NCBI GenBank assembly: GCA_030704615.1
Contig: CM060731.1
Span: 52,576,001-52,640,000, forward strand
Direction: 5' to 3'
Length of the DNA: 64,000 nucleotides
Source of the DNA: Takakia lepidozioides
Lineage: Eukaryota > Plantae > Bryophyta
In this document: one piece after another, positions 1-14,338 of the stretch
How the letters are laid out: each line of letters opens with the position of its first letter
Position numbering within the stretch: the first letter of the stretch is position 1
Program-made: the position numbers and the translations under genes
The notes under the pieces: generated by a model
What the model was told of the DNA's origin: nothing
The model's database searches: none
The model's input: the letters and a program-made list of their open reading frames with translations, nothing else

Positions 1-1849
1 CACAAGCTTCCATCTTGAGGCTCAGAAGACCCTTGCAGGTTGATGCGATTGCTACCAAACTATCTGAGTGTTCTATCTATGAGGTCACGGCAGCAAGTGA
101 GATCCAAATTGTGCAGACCTGTGCAGCCCACCACAAAGACATGTGTTGCCAGTGTCTGATCTGCCACGACACTTGCTCACACTTTCTCTTTCAATGCGTT
201 ACAACCTTTGCCTATGAACTCAAGGCCAAGCCCAGAAATGTCATAGCCATCCAGCCTTATTCCTTGTAGCCACCTTAGGCGCTTCTGGAAACTTGTTTCC
301 TGACTATCTCCATGGCCTCCAAAGGCCAAACATACTACCCACACGACCTTCGTTGAGTTCTGGATCCACTGTTCAGACGTTTCCTTTGGATATTTTCGAA
401 TTGCTGCCTCAACCCCGAGGGCAAGTGATAAAAGAGGCCGGCGAGAGCAACAGTGTTGCAAGAAAAAAGACAATATATATAGTGAATCCTAAAGACAAAA
501 TGAGGAAGAACTTCTAAGAGAATCTGAAGAGAATGCCAATAACAGGGAAATGATAAAAATGAGAACTTTGAATGCGCACATTGGGAAGGCTACTTCATGG
601 TGTGCAGTAGAAAGAAAACACAAGGGGGACAACAGGAGCAAAGAGTTACGGTGGTGACAACCTGTGAAAGCACTTCGATGGAGGGAACGTCTGAGTTGTC
701 CTCTATAGTTTACAGACTGTGGGCGATGAAGATGACTGAGCAAGCGACATGAATACTGAAGCAAAACGTTTCGTATGCGAAGCGTCCCCTTCCGCTTGTT
801 TGTACGCACTGGCGAGAACACAATTTCGGAGACAGAGAATGAGGGGACGAAGATGTTGGGGCAGGTGGTCAATCACCTGGATAACAACAATCATCCTCTA
901 AATGACGTCCATTCCTTTTGGAGGTACATTGAATGTTGTTTCAAATTTCAAATTTGAATGTTCACAGTTTCTAATATGAGAGTATGAGGAGCCATGTTCA
1001 CACATACATGACTGTATGATGGCAAAGTCATGATGTGATGGATGTACTTCTTGCATTCATGGGGCATGCATGATGGATGCATGCATTACAATAATACTGA
1101 CTTCAATGAGTGGCAGTATTTTTGCGAGCAAGGGACGGGCGCGGGGGCGGCAGGTGGAGCGGGAGTCGGGGTGCCTGGCGTGGCAACTGCGGTCTGCGGC
1201 GCTGCCACGAGGGGGGGGGGGCGAGGCGGAGGGCGGGGGTGGGGCCACGCAGGCAGGCCCGCTGAGGCAACATTCAATTCCCGGGCCTCATTTATCACTT
1301 GCCGCGAGCCAGTTTTGGCGAGCTAGACCATGGATGGAGTGGGGCGCGGGCCTCACATGTATGGCTAGGGGTGGAGCCTCGGGAGGTGCGCAAGTGGGTA
1401 CCAAGGAGCCACAGTCATTACAACATGGCTACTGAAAATTCGCGGACCAATTTTATTAGATTTTCACTCCACCATTAGCATGTACGGATATGGTGTGTCT
1501 CCTTGATAGAAGAATGCCGGTATTGCTGATTTAATAATGAATTTCATTGACAAGTTCTAGGGGAAGAGGAATAGATATTAAATTCCATATACATATTTGA
1601 AAGAACCAATGACAGGAAGAATCAATATAATCTTTTCTCTATAATAAAGTAAATAAGTGCATCCAAATTAAAATCACAGTGATCTCTCTATTCTATTTGT
1701 TCAAGATTCAACGTCATCTCACCATTCTGTCTTTTCCTTTGTAATTGATACCATTTCCCTATCCCACTCCCTGCAATCCACTATCCCTCTAAACATCCCC
1801 CCCCCACTTCTCTAACCCCCATGCGAATCTGATGTTGGTCTTTACCAGG

Positions 1850-2947
1850 CAAACCCTTAGGACCCTTTAGGGTTTAGAAACCAGAACTTCTATCCCCTCT
1901 GGTTCAAATATGGCTGGCAAACAATACCTTCGTTTGGATTTGGGGCGTCCGCTAGCAGAGCTGGACATAGACCCGATGGAATGGTCTTGGAAATTTCCGA
2001 GGTCGCCTGAGCCCTTTTTTAGCTACACAATCAAAAAAGGTTATAGGGCACTCTCTAACTTTCAATGCATGAAGAAGAAATGGGATGCCAGATGGGAGCT
2101 CTATGGTTTCCAAAACAAAAACTGGTCAACCATATGGAGTTCGGTTTGGATTAAGCTCGCCCAGCAAAGATTGTTGCGTTTCTATAGCAGGTGGCCAATA
2201 GAGCGCTCAAAGTAGGTGAATGGCTGCAGTTCCAGGCAGGTATCCTTTGTAACTGTTGTGCAGCTGGTATTATGGAATCTATGGAGCATTGCCTCATTCT
2301 TTGTCAAGCCCGTGCCAGAGTATGGCCCAGAGTGAAAGTCAGATTCTATAGACATTGGAATACCAAAACCCTTTTAGCTCTGGATCTTCTTTTCAACTAT
2401 AACCAGCTTATAACCAAACAAAGATCCTTGAACTACCCAGTTTTCGAGACACTCCGCAGCTCTACTCTTTGGCACCTCTGGAGACCTCGCTGCTAAAAAA
2501 CCTTCTCTGGAGAGACCACCACCATTTTTGCCCTTCTATCTAATGCTTTCTATGATCTAGGGGTAGAGTCAAGAAATGCATGGTCTAAAATTTGTGCAGA
2601 TATCGAGCAAAATTTGAGGCACACGGTTGCACCATCCACGCTGCCTTCCGAGATACATGGGGTAAACATGGCTTTATCTACATCACCACTACGTTGGACA
2701 TCTGCGTTTGGACCGACCTCCCTTCCCTTTGCTGGCGGGATCACCGCGCTTTCGCACTGACACATAATTTGTTTTCTTATTCAGACTGCTCTATTATTTA
2801 ATATCGATCCATGCACAGGTGTCGCATCGGAAAGCCTTCACGGCGAGGTTACTGTGAAAGAGGTTATTTTCTCCTCTCACTATTAAAGGGCCTGATTTGT
2901 GAGGGTGTCGCTCCCAGGTGTTTCCCTTTTCCAAAAATAAAATAAAA
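1850..2947 (+). mobile_element. 5'-truncated, degenerate L1/Tx1-type LINE 3' fragment (zf-RVT-like region)
   Basis: Frameshifted ORFs 1910-2215 and 2191-2496 read WSTIWSSVW...ANRALKVGEWL...CNCC...ESMEHCLILC...VW, the zinc-binding region found after L1 RT. The segment ends in an A-rich tail at 2933-2947. Confidence 0.65.
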
Positions 2948-2995
2948 TGATTGATTGCACTTTTTACTGGGCCTGTGCTCCCAGTAGACTAAGTA

Positions 2996-3624
2996 CTACC
3001 GTCCCTAGACAACCGTTAAGGCAATAATTAATTCAAAATGAAAGTGCCTAACGCGTTTTGGGAATTTTTCAGATTTTGGCCTAATTGTTCGGAAACTATG
3101 GGACCAAAGTGCCTAGTGCCTAAAACTTCCAGCAAAAAACTTTCAAGCCTCTTTTCACATTGTTTGTACTAAGATGAAAATTTTAAAAACAAAATAATTG
3201 AACAAAAATCAATACAAATATATGCGTGCGAAAATAACTTCCTAACAAATCCCAATCTACTTGCAAGAGCTCCATGTAACTTCGAAAGGCCCTTGCATGG
3301 ATTCGACAATGTCATCATACTCAAGGTACGAAAACCTAATGGAGTATGGACTCATGAGGCGGGGCCGGCTAGGTGCAAGCTTGGAGGAGATTTGAGTTGG
3401 GCCTGTTGGCATGGGACAAGGGGCCATGGGCATTGGGTTTCTATTTTGTATTTTTATTCTTAAGAAAATAAATGTTTTCTCTTCTCATGTGCTTAAATTA
3501 AAAAACTTATAGCATGAAGATGCCTAATGTGAGAAATGGATTGAGAAACGTGCCTAAGCAGTCTGTTTGGTTTTTAATAATTATTAGGCGCAAAAATGCC
3601 TAAACCGTTGTCTAGGGACGGTAG
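2996..3624. mobile_element. Tc1/mariner (Stowaway-like) MITE, ~630 bp
   Basis: Left TIR CTACCGTCCCTAGACAACCGTTAAGGCA matches the reverse complement of the right end (CTACCGTCCCTAGACAACGGTTTAGGCA) at 26/28. TA flanks both sides and the interior is AT-rich and non-coding. Confidence 0.8.
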
Positions 3625-3649
3625 TAAGAAGGAGGTAGAGAACACTTAC

Positions 3650-3955
3650 TGGTACCTTCTTAGGTTTTGAATTTGGATCCCCTTCTGCAGCGTTCCTCTT
3701 CCCTATCACATCTGCTGGAATTTCTGTCTGCCCTAGGGTTTGCAGACCTTCTCCCGGTTCAGCGTTCCCCGGACTTCCACGTCCTTCAGTTTCCCTGCAA
3801 ATCAGCTCTGCTTCCACAGTCTGGTTTCCAACGCTCACTGTTCTTTCTGACTGTGTGACAGCTGCAACCTCATTCTCGGTCTGCTCTTGTGTTGCAGTCT
3901 CCGCGTTCACCTGCTGCCTTGGCCCTGTGTTCTCCATCAAACGACGCCTCGTCAT
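3650..3955 (-). pseudogene. Possible first exon of an unidentified, likely transposon-associated gene
   Basis: ATG-initiated hydrophilic, low-complexity ORF (MTRRRLMENTG...SKPKK) followed by donor-like GTACCAGTAAGT, just before the MITE. No recognisable domain. Confidence 0.25.
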
Positions 3956-5164
3956 TTGCTCTCTTGCTCTGAGTCTCTATCTAAGGGAAGTAAAATAAAG
4001 TGACTTCCTTCTCTTTCGTATCGTAGAAGGAACCCTCTCCAGCTTGACTACCTCTCTCCTTCTAAGTGCAGAAACTAAAAAGAAAAAGTGATTCTCGATT
4101 TCTTGCGGAGTTGCGTGCGTTGGCTAGAAGCATAGGATTCCCTCTCGCGTGTCCGTTACACAAATGTCGTTCCCTTATTAGTGCACCTGCTAGCCATTAG
4201 TGGACAACTGTTCGTATACAATGTAGTTATCGATGTCTGACGTGTGTCGCCCAAAATGAACGGCGTGCCGTTTATTTGAACGGTTTCAATAATTGAAAAT
4301 AACAGCGACAAATATTATAGATGAATGCCACATTGCATATAAACAATTAGCTAGTCTGACTACTCAGCCTCAGACAATACTAAATAGACATATGTAATTT
4401 TCTTTTGGTCGATTTTATGGCTTTTTCGGGGGTAGGATTATTTTCCATAATCCCCCCACCAGCCCCTCCTTTTAAGGTCAGTTCACACCTGCTGTTATCC
4501 TGATCAGTAAATCATCCTTTTACTATTGTTGCAGTTCTCTCCACCGTGAAAGAGAGCAAAGGGACTACATAGAGACAATGATTAGCCTAATTACTGCCAA
4601 ACTTGTCATATTTTGATGACACATTACCTTTCATATTTAGTATGAAAAGTAATTTGCAGCCAGTATAATGTGGTCTATTTGCCACGTGGAAATTATTGCC
4701 ACGTGGTCTATATACAACGGGCCACCACGTAGCCTAGGTACCATGTACCATGTGTATATGTCGTGTCGTTTTAACTAATGTGATTCCCAATGTTATTTCC
4801 ACCAATGTCGTTCCCAAAAATATCGCTCCGACCCAATGTTTGGAATGACACCATTGCAACGACATACTAAACGACAATTTTTTTTGACATTTTTCTGTCG
4901 TTTAGTATGTCACTCCAATGGTGATCAGTTTACACTAGTAGTCTATGTTATTGGCCCAAGTATCCACTGTCATCTAAGTCCAAGTGCAATCCCCTATGGA
5001 TCAAAGTGCGTCTCTTATTGTCGAGGCCCATGTGTGAAGAATTGTACTAAAATGAAGTTGGATGTTTGTTTAGTTACCTTGATTCATATATTAAAAAAAC
5101 CAATTGCATAAATTTTTGCATAAATTCATCCTATTTATCAAAAACATTTGCATTCTTTGCATAA

Positions 5165-5610
5165 ATTTTTTTGCATGAATTTATTGAGTAGAAATGTATC
5201 CAATCATTGTTCCATAAAACCCCACTTTGCTATTTTTCACGAATTTCCAACGACCAAAAGTACTTGAAATTCCATATCTCCCACACCGCAGGTCCAAAAA
5301 TTACGAGACCAAGTCAGTGCACCTCTCCCCATCGAGGGCTTTCCCACGGTACCAAGCATCAGGGCTGGGCCTCGCGGTTTGGGAGGTCTCAACGCTACAA
5401 AACAAAACAAACTACCTCGCTTCATAAATTAAAAAAATCAATCTATTTTTTTCCATGAATTTATTGAGAAGTAATATATCCAATCATTGTTCCAGGAAAG
5501 CCCACTTTGCTATTTTCACGAATTTCCAGTGATCAATTGTACTTGAAATTCCATATTCCCACACTATAGGTCCAAAAATTATGAGAACAAGTCGTGCAAC
5601 CCCCCCTCAA
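5165..5610. repeat. Two-copy tandem duplication (~280-bp period)
   Basis: CATGAATTTATTGAG...CAATCATTGTTCC...CCCACTTTGCTATTTT...GGTCCAAAAATTA occurs at ~5174 and again at ~5454. Confidence 0.75.
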
Positions 5611-5721
5611 AACATTATCTTCAAGGAGTCAAAAAAATTTCTCTAAAAGTGCCTATGGTGTAAAACTTGAATTTAAAATTAGAAAAACAAATATAAAATA
5701 GAAACAAATCTAAAATTGATA

Positions 5722-5955
5722 TTCATTTAAAACGCCATCCATGGACTCAGTTTTCAATTTTCATCCATGACAGCGGCTAAGTTTTCATTTAAAACGGCAT
5801 CCATGGACTCAGTTTTCATCCATGACGGCGGCTGAGTTTTCATTTAAAACATCATCCATGGACTCAGTTTTCAATTTTTATCCATGGCAACGGCTGAGTT
5901 TTCATTTTAAAACATCATTCATGGTCTCAGTTTTCAATCTTCATCCCCAGCAGCG
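5722..5955. repeat. Minisatellite, 4 copies of a ~55-62-bp unit
   Basis: The unit TTCATTTAAAAC..CATCCATGGACTCAGTTTTCAATTTTCATCCATGAC..CGGCTGAGTT is repeated four times. Confidence 0.85.
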
Positions 5956-6932
5956 TGGCTATATTTTTATATTTTTGATCACTATTTTTAGTTGCTTAAT
6001 TTGAAAAAATTACACATCCAAGATGCCTAATTTATTTTTTATTTTTCTTAAAAGTGCCTAACTGCCAAATGGCCCCAAAAATAAAGTGCTATCCCACTAT
6101 GGTACTTCACTCAGCGCGGTTCCAACAACTCAACTTAGATGGATCATCACACATACCAGTCGGACGCAAACTTAAATCTCTTTCACACTTTTATTTTATG
6201 TGGTTATGCTCACCAACGAAACAATCCAAAAAATTGCTGGCAGTGATGCTGTGGACAAGTTCCATGGACGCACACAAACAATATGTGAAGGAGGAGGGGA
6301 AAAACTTGGGTACTTAACTTAGCATTTCGTAGCTTTCTATAGACAACGGTCTCGTAGCACTAGAGAGGGCACAGTGAGGCTATGCCCATCTTGCATCGGG
6401 CTACTCTAGCTGGCATGGCTTGGTCTCATCTTTGTGCCCTTCCCGGTGTCACACCCATTTCTTTGTCTGATGTGATCCAGGCAGTTGGATGGGATGATCA
6501 TTTGGTTTGATTGGCTTGCTACGCTTTTTCATTTCCTTATGTCAACTCTTCCCTTGCTATGGGAACTTGCCATCCTTTGTACAGTTACCTCATGTCAGTT
6601 TGTAAATAAAGCTTTACAAGGTTTCATCACCTTATAGCATTCACAGTTTACAAGATTTTCTTTGTGGAGCTTCAAGGCCAAAGTCATGTATGTAAGTTAG
6701 GCACCTGTGCAATCCAGAGCCTGAGTAATCTCAGCAGTCAATTATTCAACTGCGGCTCGGTTGGGTCCTCTCTCAGCCCTTTTGTTGTGTGAGCCCAACG
6801 TACTCGCTGTGTGGGTTTGTCTGTTTGTCTGTCTGCCTGCCCCCTCCCTCCCAAATCGCTTCCACTCAGTCGCTTGAGCTTGTATGAGATGGGTGTGTGA
6901 GGGGCAGGAGGTCCGTAGAAAGGATTGTGGAC

Positions 6933-9900
6933 ATGGGGCGGTTTGTACCACTGCCGAGCACGGCATCTCTCATGTCGGCCTTCGCACTTGCGGACCACCC
7001 ACATGCCTGCCCTGCCAATAGCTCTCTCCTTTGCAGCCCCTCGGGGTCTCTGGCAGTGCCGTTTCCACCGCCATTATCGCCTCTCTTTGCTTCATCGGAA
7101 AGATGCAGAGGGCGACAGTGCTGCAGACGGGTGGGAGTTCGAGGAGTGCAACCGTCAGCGCAGATTGAGTGTGACGGGGCAGGTATCGCAGTCCCTTGTA
7201 CGAGGAGAGCGCATGTGTGGGGCCTTGATCGAAGCTGGGGCAATGGGAGCAAAGAGGACCGGTGTGTGCGCACCCGTGCAGAGAGTGATCAGGGGTCTCC
7301 AAGCAGTAGTGGTGAAAGGTCCACCGTGATTGAACAGAGCAAGCGTCTGCTGGCCATGCAGAAGGATCTGCTTCACCAGGTATTCTCTTTCTTCGCTTGT
7401 TTGGGTAGTTGACAATGCAATGCTCTAGCGCTTCGCTGGAAGCAGCGTGACGCAGGGGAGCTTCAATGCTGTCATGTCAACCACCGAGCTTCTCCATTCT
7501 TCCCTGGTTACGTCGGTCTCCAGGAAATTGTTCCGCATAGACTTGGAAGGGTTTGTATTGTCCACTAGCATCTTGGGAATTGCCACTGAGCACCAGCTCG
7601 ATGTTTGGCATTTCCGATGGACTGCAAGCATAGTGCACACCCTTAGCCTCAAAGGGGAGACTTTGCCCTTGCATCCACCCAACCCAAGAATAGGTTTCCA
7701 ACCAGTTCATTCGATGCCTCCCTTCACCCCCAGATATGAGAAAAATGGGCTAAACGACATCAAGGGAGAGAGAGAGAGGTATATTCGAGGAGCAATGGGT
7801 GGGTTTGCCCTTGAGCAAAAAGCATTTAGCGATCACAATGCATTTAATACGTTTTCACACAGAACAGTCAATTAATGTTGCAGATAGAGGAGCGCCAGAA
7901 GCTGTACTCCGCATTGACAACCAATAAGGATGGAACTCCCAGTCCTGGACCCTTGGACGCAAAGGGAGCAGGAGACAATGTTGGAGAGCCAATTGGAGAG
8001 ACACCCACTGATACCTCTCTTTCACAAAAATCCCAACAGCCCTCCAGCAGGCCACTGGCAACATCTTGGCCCTTTTCCCCCTCCCCCAAACCATCTACTC
8101 GGGCTCCAAATCCATCAGCTCGTTCCCCTGTACAATCATTTTCCCAGCTGTCCATATCCCCGTCTGTTGCTCCCTTGACAACTCCATCCACTCCACCATC
8201 CCCTACTCAAGCAGAAAGAAGGCGCCCCTTTCATGTGGACCATGGTCGTTCGTCTGATGTGGTGAGTACTGAAGAAGCCCCACCCCGCCCAGTGGACACT
8301 GGTGATGCAGCCACTAAGCAGGCTGAGGCGCCACCCCCGTTGGCGGGACCGAATGTGATGAACGTTGTCCTGGTGGCAGCTGAATGTGCTCCCTGGTCTA
8401 AAACTGGTAGGCATGCTGCTTGCACAGTATGATGCTTTTCGTCTAACTTTTCTGTGAAGTGTAGTTCTGCGTCAATTTCTCACTGCATAGTTTGCGTTAT
8501 TATTTCGACCTATTGGTATTAACTGTGTCTAGAGCTCAAGAGTGACAAGCAATCCATAAATATCGACAATCATCTTGACTTGCATGCTTTTGTGTTATAC
8601 TCACCAACTAATCTCTGGACATTTGTAGATATATCCTTATTTGAACTTGTAAGAGAGCTAATAGGTGTACCTACACCTTGTAAGTGAAGAGTATATGGGG
8701 CTAACTCTACAGCTGGTTTTTGAACTGAAGGGGGTCTGGGTGACGTGGTGGGAGCCTTACCTAAGGCATTAGCGCGGCGAGGGCACCGTGTCATGGTATC
8801 CGCCAAACTCAGCCATTTGTGTTGGTGGTTGAGTGTGGTGTTCTTGAAAGTTCCCAGGCCTTGTTGAACATAACAAGGATAACTGAATATTGGTTGATGG
8901 CAACAGAGACACAGAGACAGACTCTGAAGTCTTCAAAAGGCACATGAGCACAAGAACCTGTTGGAAAACGTGGTTAACCTGAGAACGTACTAAGCCAGTT
9001 GATGTGTTTTGCTGAGTGCAGGTTGTGGCTCCTCGCTACAGCAATTATGCAGAGGCTTGGGAAACAGGTGTCCGTAGGATCTACAATGTCTCTGGACAGG
9101 TAATTAAGCAATTCGCTGCTCTCTGCTGTGTCTGAGTCAGATGGGTATCAACTCACATTCAATGCATTTTACTTCCCTCAGATTCTCAGGAGATCTAGTT
9201 GCTTGACCCATGGCTTCTTTCAGTTAATTATTGCTGGGGCGTCTGCTTTAACTCAGTCTTGGAGCGAGAGTCACAGATACATTGATTTCCCTTGCATTGG
9301 ACCAACCCATGACCATAATTCAATCTGGGCTGGAATTACTACTGTGAAGCCCTAGCTCAACACTTCTTCCTTTGGCTGCCTACTGTGTGTTTACATGATG
9401 TGATTTTGTCTTTACCTCTTCAGCTTCCATGGGATCTTTACAGGGTTTTGGTTTTTGTAGCATGGGTTGGAATTGCTGGTAAACTGGCACATGTTTGGAT
9501 GCATGTGTCAGGACATGGAGGTGGGATACTTTCACAGCTTTATTGATGGAGTGGATTTTGTCTTCGTTGATTCTCCAATGTTCCACGCATTTGCTACGAA
9601 TATTTATGGGGGTTCACGGGAGGTAATCCTCCATTTCTTCTTCTGGCTTGCACATAGAGAGAGTCTGCAAGAGTACCATATTCAAATCAGGATGCGGCAA
9701 TTAATGTTCCACCAAATGTTTACAGGAGCAGCCAATCAACATAGAGATTGTCATTTAAGTATGTGTATTCTTGTGTAAGCCTGCTTTTTTATTTATTCTG
9801 TTGGATGACATCAGTATAGTGGATTTGGTGTGGATTGTATGGCATTTCTAAGGGCCATAATTGGTATGCATGCAGGATGTGCTGACACGTATGATTCTTC

Positions 9901-10101
9901 TATGCAAGGCTGCTGTAGAGGTGTGCCCGCATCTTTGCTGCTTCCATAGCTGTGGGTGAATATCTCCGTGAGAGCAACTTCCATAAGCTTTCTGGGGAAG
10001 AGAAAGGCTGTGTGCAAGTGTCTGCTGTTAAACCTATTGGTAGGTCTGTCTATAACAGCTCTTTGTACTAATGAGAAAGTCAAAGAAACTCCCCCTCAGC
10101 T

Positions 10102-10132
<31 letters not shown>

Positions 10133-11552
10133 TTTATTATCTCTTTTACTCTTACAGCTCTTTCCCCAGCTGCTACATAAGACACTCTGGAGATAGATTG
10201 CAGGGGCATTTCAGTGGTACATAAGAGTCCAAGATTCAGGTGAATTTGAGATGTTACCCGAAAGGCCATTCAACTGAAGTAGTCAATTTGGGGCTGAATG
10301 CGCTCGTGAGTGTAGGTGCCATGGCATGTACCATGTGGGGGTGTGTGCTATGGAGATGGCAATTTGGTGTTCATTGCCAACGATTGGCATACAGCACTGC
10401 TGCCAGTGTATTTGCAGGCATACTATCGCGACAATGGATTCATGGAATTTGCTCGTTCTGTCCTTGTCATCCACAATATGGCTCATCAGGTGCCTCTTCA
10501 GTGCTCTTCCCTTCCTACTTACCTTGCAGACTCTCATAGCAAGCCTTGTGAAGCACCTTGCATATCAGTAGCTTACTTTGTGCCTGTCTGTGCAGGGTCG
10601 TGGTCCGATGTCTGATTATGGAAGACTGGGTTTACCAAGTCATTATGTGGATAAGTTCCGACTGTTTGACCCTATTGGAGGGGAGCACATGAATATTTTC
10701 ATGGCAGGCCTTATCACTGCGCATCGCATTGTGACAGTGAGCCATGGCTACGCATGGGAGTGTCAGACACCAGATGGAGGGTGGGGTTTAGATGGTGTTA
10801 TCCGAGATCACAGCTGGAAACTGCGGGGTGTGGTCAATGGTATTGATGACATGGACTGGAATCCTGAGCTAGACTCCTATCTCAAGAGTGACGACTTCAG
10901 CAACTACTCTATAGAGACTTTGGAGAGTGGGAAGGCTGCATGCAAGGCTGCACTGCAGCGGGAGCTGGGATTTCCAGTGCGAAACAAGGTACCATTGATT
11001 GGGTTCATTGGGCGCCTTGATTACCAGAAGGGGGTCGATTTGATAGCTGAGGCCATGCCATGGATGATGGACCAAAGTGTGCAGCTTGTGATGCTTGGTA
11101 CTGGTCGCAAAGACCTGGAAGACCTGTTGCGTCACTTTGAAGGCTTGTACCATGACAAAGTGCGCGGATGGGTCGGGTTCTCTGTCAAAACTTCCCACCG
11201 TATCACCGCAGGTGCAGACATCCTACTGATGCCATCTCGATTTGAGCCATGTGGGCTCAATCAGCTGTATGCCATGCGGTATGGGACGGTTCCTGTGGTA
11301 CATTCTGTGGGTGGGCTGCGAGATACAGTGCAGCCATTTGATCCCTTCACAGAGTCTGGCCTCGGCTGGACATTTGAGCAGGCAGAGGTTTCAGGTTTGA
11401 TTCATGCTCTTGGGAATGCAATCTGGACATACCGCGACTTCAAGAGCAGCTGGGCAGGCATCCAACGGCGTGGAATGTCGCAGAACCTTAGCTGGGACAA
11501 TGCAGCTCAACAGTACGAGGAAGTGCTCGTGGCTGCTAAGTACACCTGGTAA
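6933..11552 (+). CDS. SS2: Soluble starch synthase II, plastid-targeted. Exons 6933-7379, 7884-8406, 8731-8795, 9022-9099, 9512-9622, 9876-9920, 10316-10489, 10596-11552
   Basis: Spliced product has a transit peptide, [21 protein letters not shown] (KTGGL motif), [29 protein letters not shown] and [16 protein letters not shown], and ends AKYTW. All introns are GT-AG with consistent phases, matching the 8-exon SSII layout. Confidence 0.95.
10108..10130. repeat. (CT)n microsatellite in a starch synthase intron
   Basis: Direct reading of the sequence. Confidence 0.9.
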
Positions 11553-11631
11553 TGGATTTTCCTCGCAGTTTTTCCTCAAAAACTGTGTATTTTTGCATCA
11601 TTCCTCATTGTTGCCAAAGGTTCCAAAAATT

Positions 11632-11702
11632 TACTCATGAGACGTTGTTTGCTGTAGCCTTGTGGCCATAGACCCCACGCCCAGTTTGGGCAGAATAAAA
11701 GC
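11632..11702 (-). mobile_element. LINE 3'-end fragment (same family as 59052-60240) in the SS2 3' region
   Basis: CTCATGAGACGTTGTTTGCTGTAGCCTTGTGGCCATAGACCCC matches 59055-59100. Confidence 0.8.
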
Positions 11703-14338
11703 CACAAAGAGTTCATCCAAGAGGACTGGAGCACCTTAGGGGTGTAAAATTTGGATTTGCCAGAAGGGAAGTGAAGTTAGTCTCACCATCACAGCTGAAG
11801 AACAGGCTGTAAAATTCTGTTGAAAACTTACTGACTGGACTGATTTGTGAGTAAATCATTGATCTACGTAGGCCTTCTTCTACTGCACAAGGATCTCTAT
11901 CTTTGGATTCAAGAATGTAGTACGTGAATTTAAACAATAGGACAGCTAACAGCCCTGTTGTCGACTTCTTACCTTAAAACGCAAACATGCAAGGAGGGAC
12001 CTTGTTGTCACTATCTGTTCATGCATCACTATCATACCCCACATACTGTCTAAGCAGAAGACTGGTGAAGGGTAAAAAATTGCACGCCTAGTGGGAGGTG
12101 CGATGTTCGGTGAAGACTGAAGACGGAATTGCACACAGAAAGTCAGTTATTACCTGTACTATAAAATTTAGGAATCATCTGTTCATGTTAATTCCTTGTG
12201 GGTGTAATGTCTGTGACCTCAGGCCTTCAAAAATCACGAGTCACTGAGCACACCTGTCTCCCCAAACAAGCTTTATTTTGATGAATGAACTAATGAGAAT
12301 GTCTGATTAATTGTCATCTTCTTCACTTTTCAGGATGTGAGGGACATATTTTCATGTCGACAAGTCTTGCAAGGGCATATCTATTGGTGGTAGGTGTTGG
12401 TTGAGTTTTGAGATGGAGGTTTCTTTAAGTAGGAGGAACAAAAGAGTTCAGGGTAAAACTCATTAACCACGAATATGTCTGAAGACTAGGAAGCTTTCAT
12501 TATTCTCACCCTCAGAGGCCTGCACAAGATTATGTATTGTAGTCTTGTATTGTAACAATTAACTGCTCATATATTCAGTTGTATGATTCCAGTACACATG
12601 ATTGAATGCAGAGATACCTTTAAGAAGTACCCCAGGTTGAAGAAATATCAAATTCAAGCAATGGAACATCCACACTTCTGCTGATCACTTTAAATTTGTA
12701 TCACCCATGGTGGCTGCATGGTGGCACTACAGGTACTTATGCCAGAAAATACAATACTTTTAGAAGTTCCACAAGCTGATTTGGTGGAGTCTGATGACTG
12801 AAGGTTCTAGAGTATGCATATGATAGATTAGGGGGATAGTCATGGGTCAGAATGTATGAGGCATCAAAGGTCAAACAATTTGTGATCGAGGCAAAATGAC
12901 GGAAGCCATAGCATTTTGTAATGAAACTAAAAATCTTCACATTCTTGTCGTGTTGCTTTCTTGCTCTAACACCTTCACTTGTGCTTGAAAACCTCTTATG
13001 ATTGTTTTCCAAATTATCATCACTATAGCTTCCTTTGCACATTCTTGTGCACAAAACCAGCTATGCAACCATATGAGGTTTTCTTTTGATAGTTCATACT
13101 ATTTCTGACAGATCCTGAAGTGAAGATAGAGGTGACGCAAACCCTAGTTAGGTGCAAGCCTCTTCCCCTCCTGGATACTACCCACTTTGGGGGTGGGCTC
13201 CTAAAGGGAATAATAAGATAGCTGTACAATATGATAGAAAAGTGGCAAAAGACCCCATGAGACCATTGAAAATATTCATGATTTCCAGCACTAGGAACCT
13301 TTTTCTTGGTGGATTCCGGAACGCTTGGGCATATTTATTCAACACATCACTGTGAACTTGTCTCAACACAATGCTAGTTAGTCATCCTTAACTATTTGCA
13401 CGAGCCACTGGCCTTGACCTTAATGGATCTTGGTTTGACTCCGACCCTGGTAAAATGAAAGATTATTTTTCTCTTTGGAGCAAACGCAGCTCTCACTGGC
13501 CTGTTTCTCAGAGATGACTCCAACCGAAGTTAGCATAAATAAGAACCTCTTCCCCTTGTGGGGTATGCCCCATTCGGGAGTGAGGTCTATACCTGTTCCT
13601 CACTAAGATGGGAAATCACTGAGAGTCACAAGATGTTGTCTGCAACCCAAATCCAACAGTACTCCGAGCCCAAGGAATTCCTACATGGATACGTGCATAT
13701 AATGGGCCAAAAGAACTTTTTCCACCTCACAATATACCAATGTGTAGGGCACAGTTGAAGCAAATAACTTATCATCTTCACAGTGAGAGTAGGGTTTGCA
13801 TACATTGTGAAATTGACAGGGAATTACCTGAGTTAGAGGGAGTCCCATGAGTGGAGGCCAGGGAGTCACCAGTCCCATAAACAGGTGTACCAGCAAACAT
13901 ATATATGCTCAATGGAATAGCCATGGCGCTACTTGCAGCGGACGCATGCTTGTTCGCAAATGCCTCCCTTCTTTCTTTGGAAAGGTGCCATTGTTCCATG
14001 GTACCCCCATGGTTGCTTATCCCAATTGACACGGCAGATTGGATGAAGGCTTCCAGACATAGATTGATGGAACTTGGTTGTTTAAGGTCAAAAATATAGC
14101 TAAAACAATGTCAGACTTCCTATTCTATTTGCACGCAAAGATTTAGAATTTGCCTTAGGCATCCAGGAAATAGTCAGTAGCTTATCATTGATGATAGTGG
14201 TGTGTATCACATCCACGATCATATCTAATTGCATATGTTACAGTTACCAACTTGCACCACTTGAATGCACTGTGCTACATGAGCTCTTTCTTTGTCTCCC
14301 ATTAGAGATTGTTCTAGTTGTGTAAGTCACTTGAATGC

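Noticed and set aside
1-1450. Short ORFs and a GC-rich block at the window start
   Set aside because: Probably a transposon remnant, but no diagnostic motif or terminus is visible within the window.
12700-14100. Possible extra gene between SS2 and the M16 gene
   Set aside because: Only short ORFs with no recognisable motifs. It may be a decayed LINE, but this cannot be supported.
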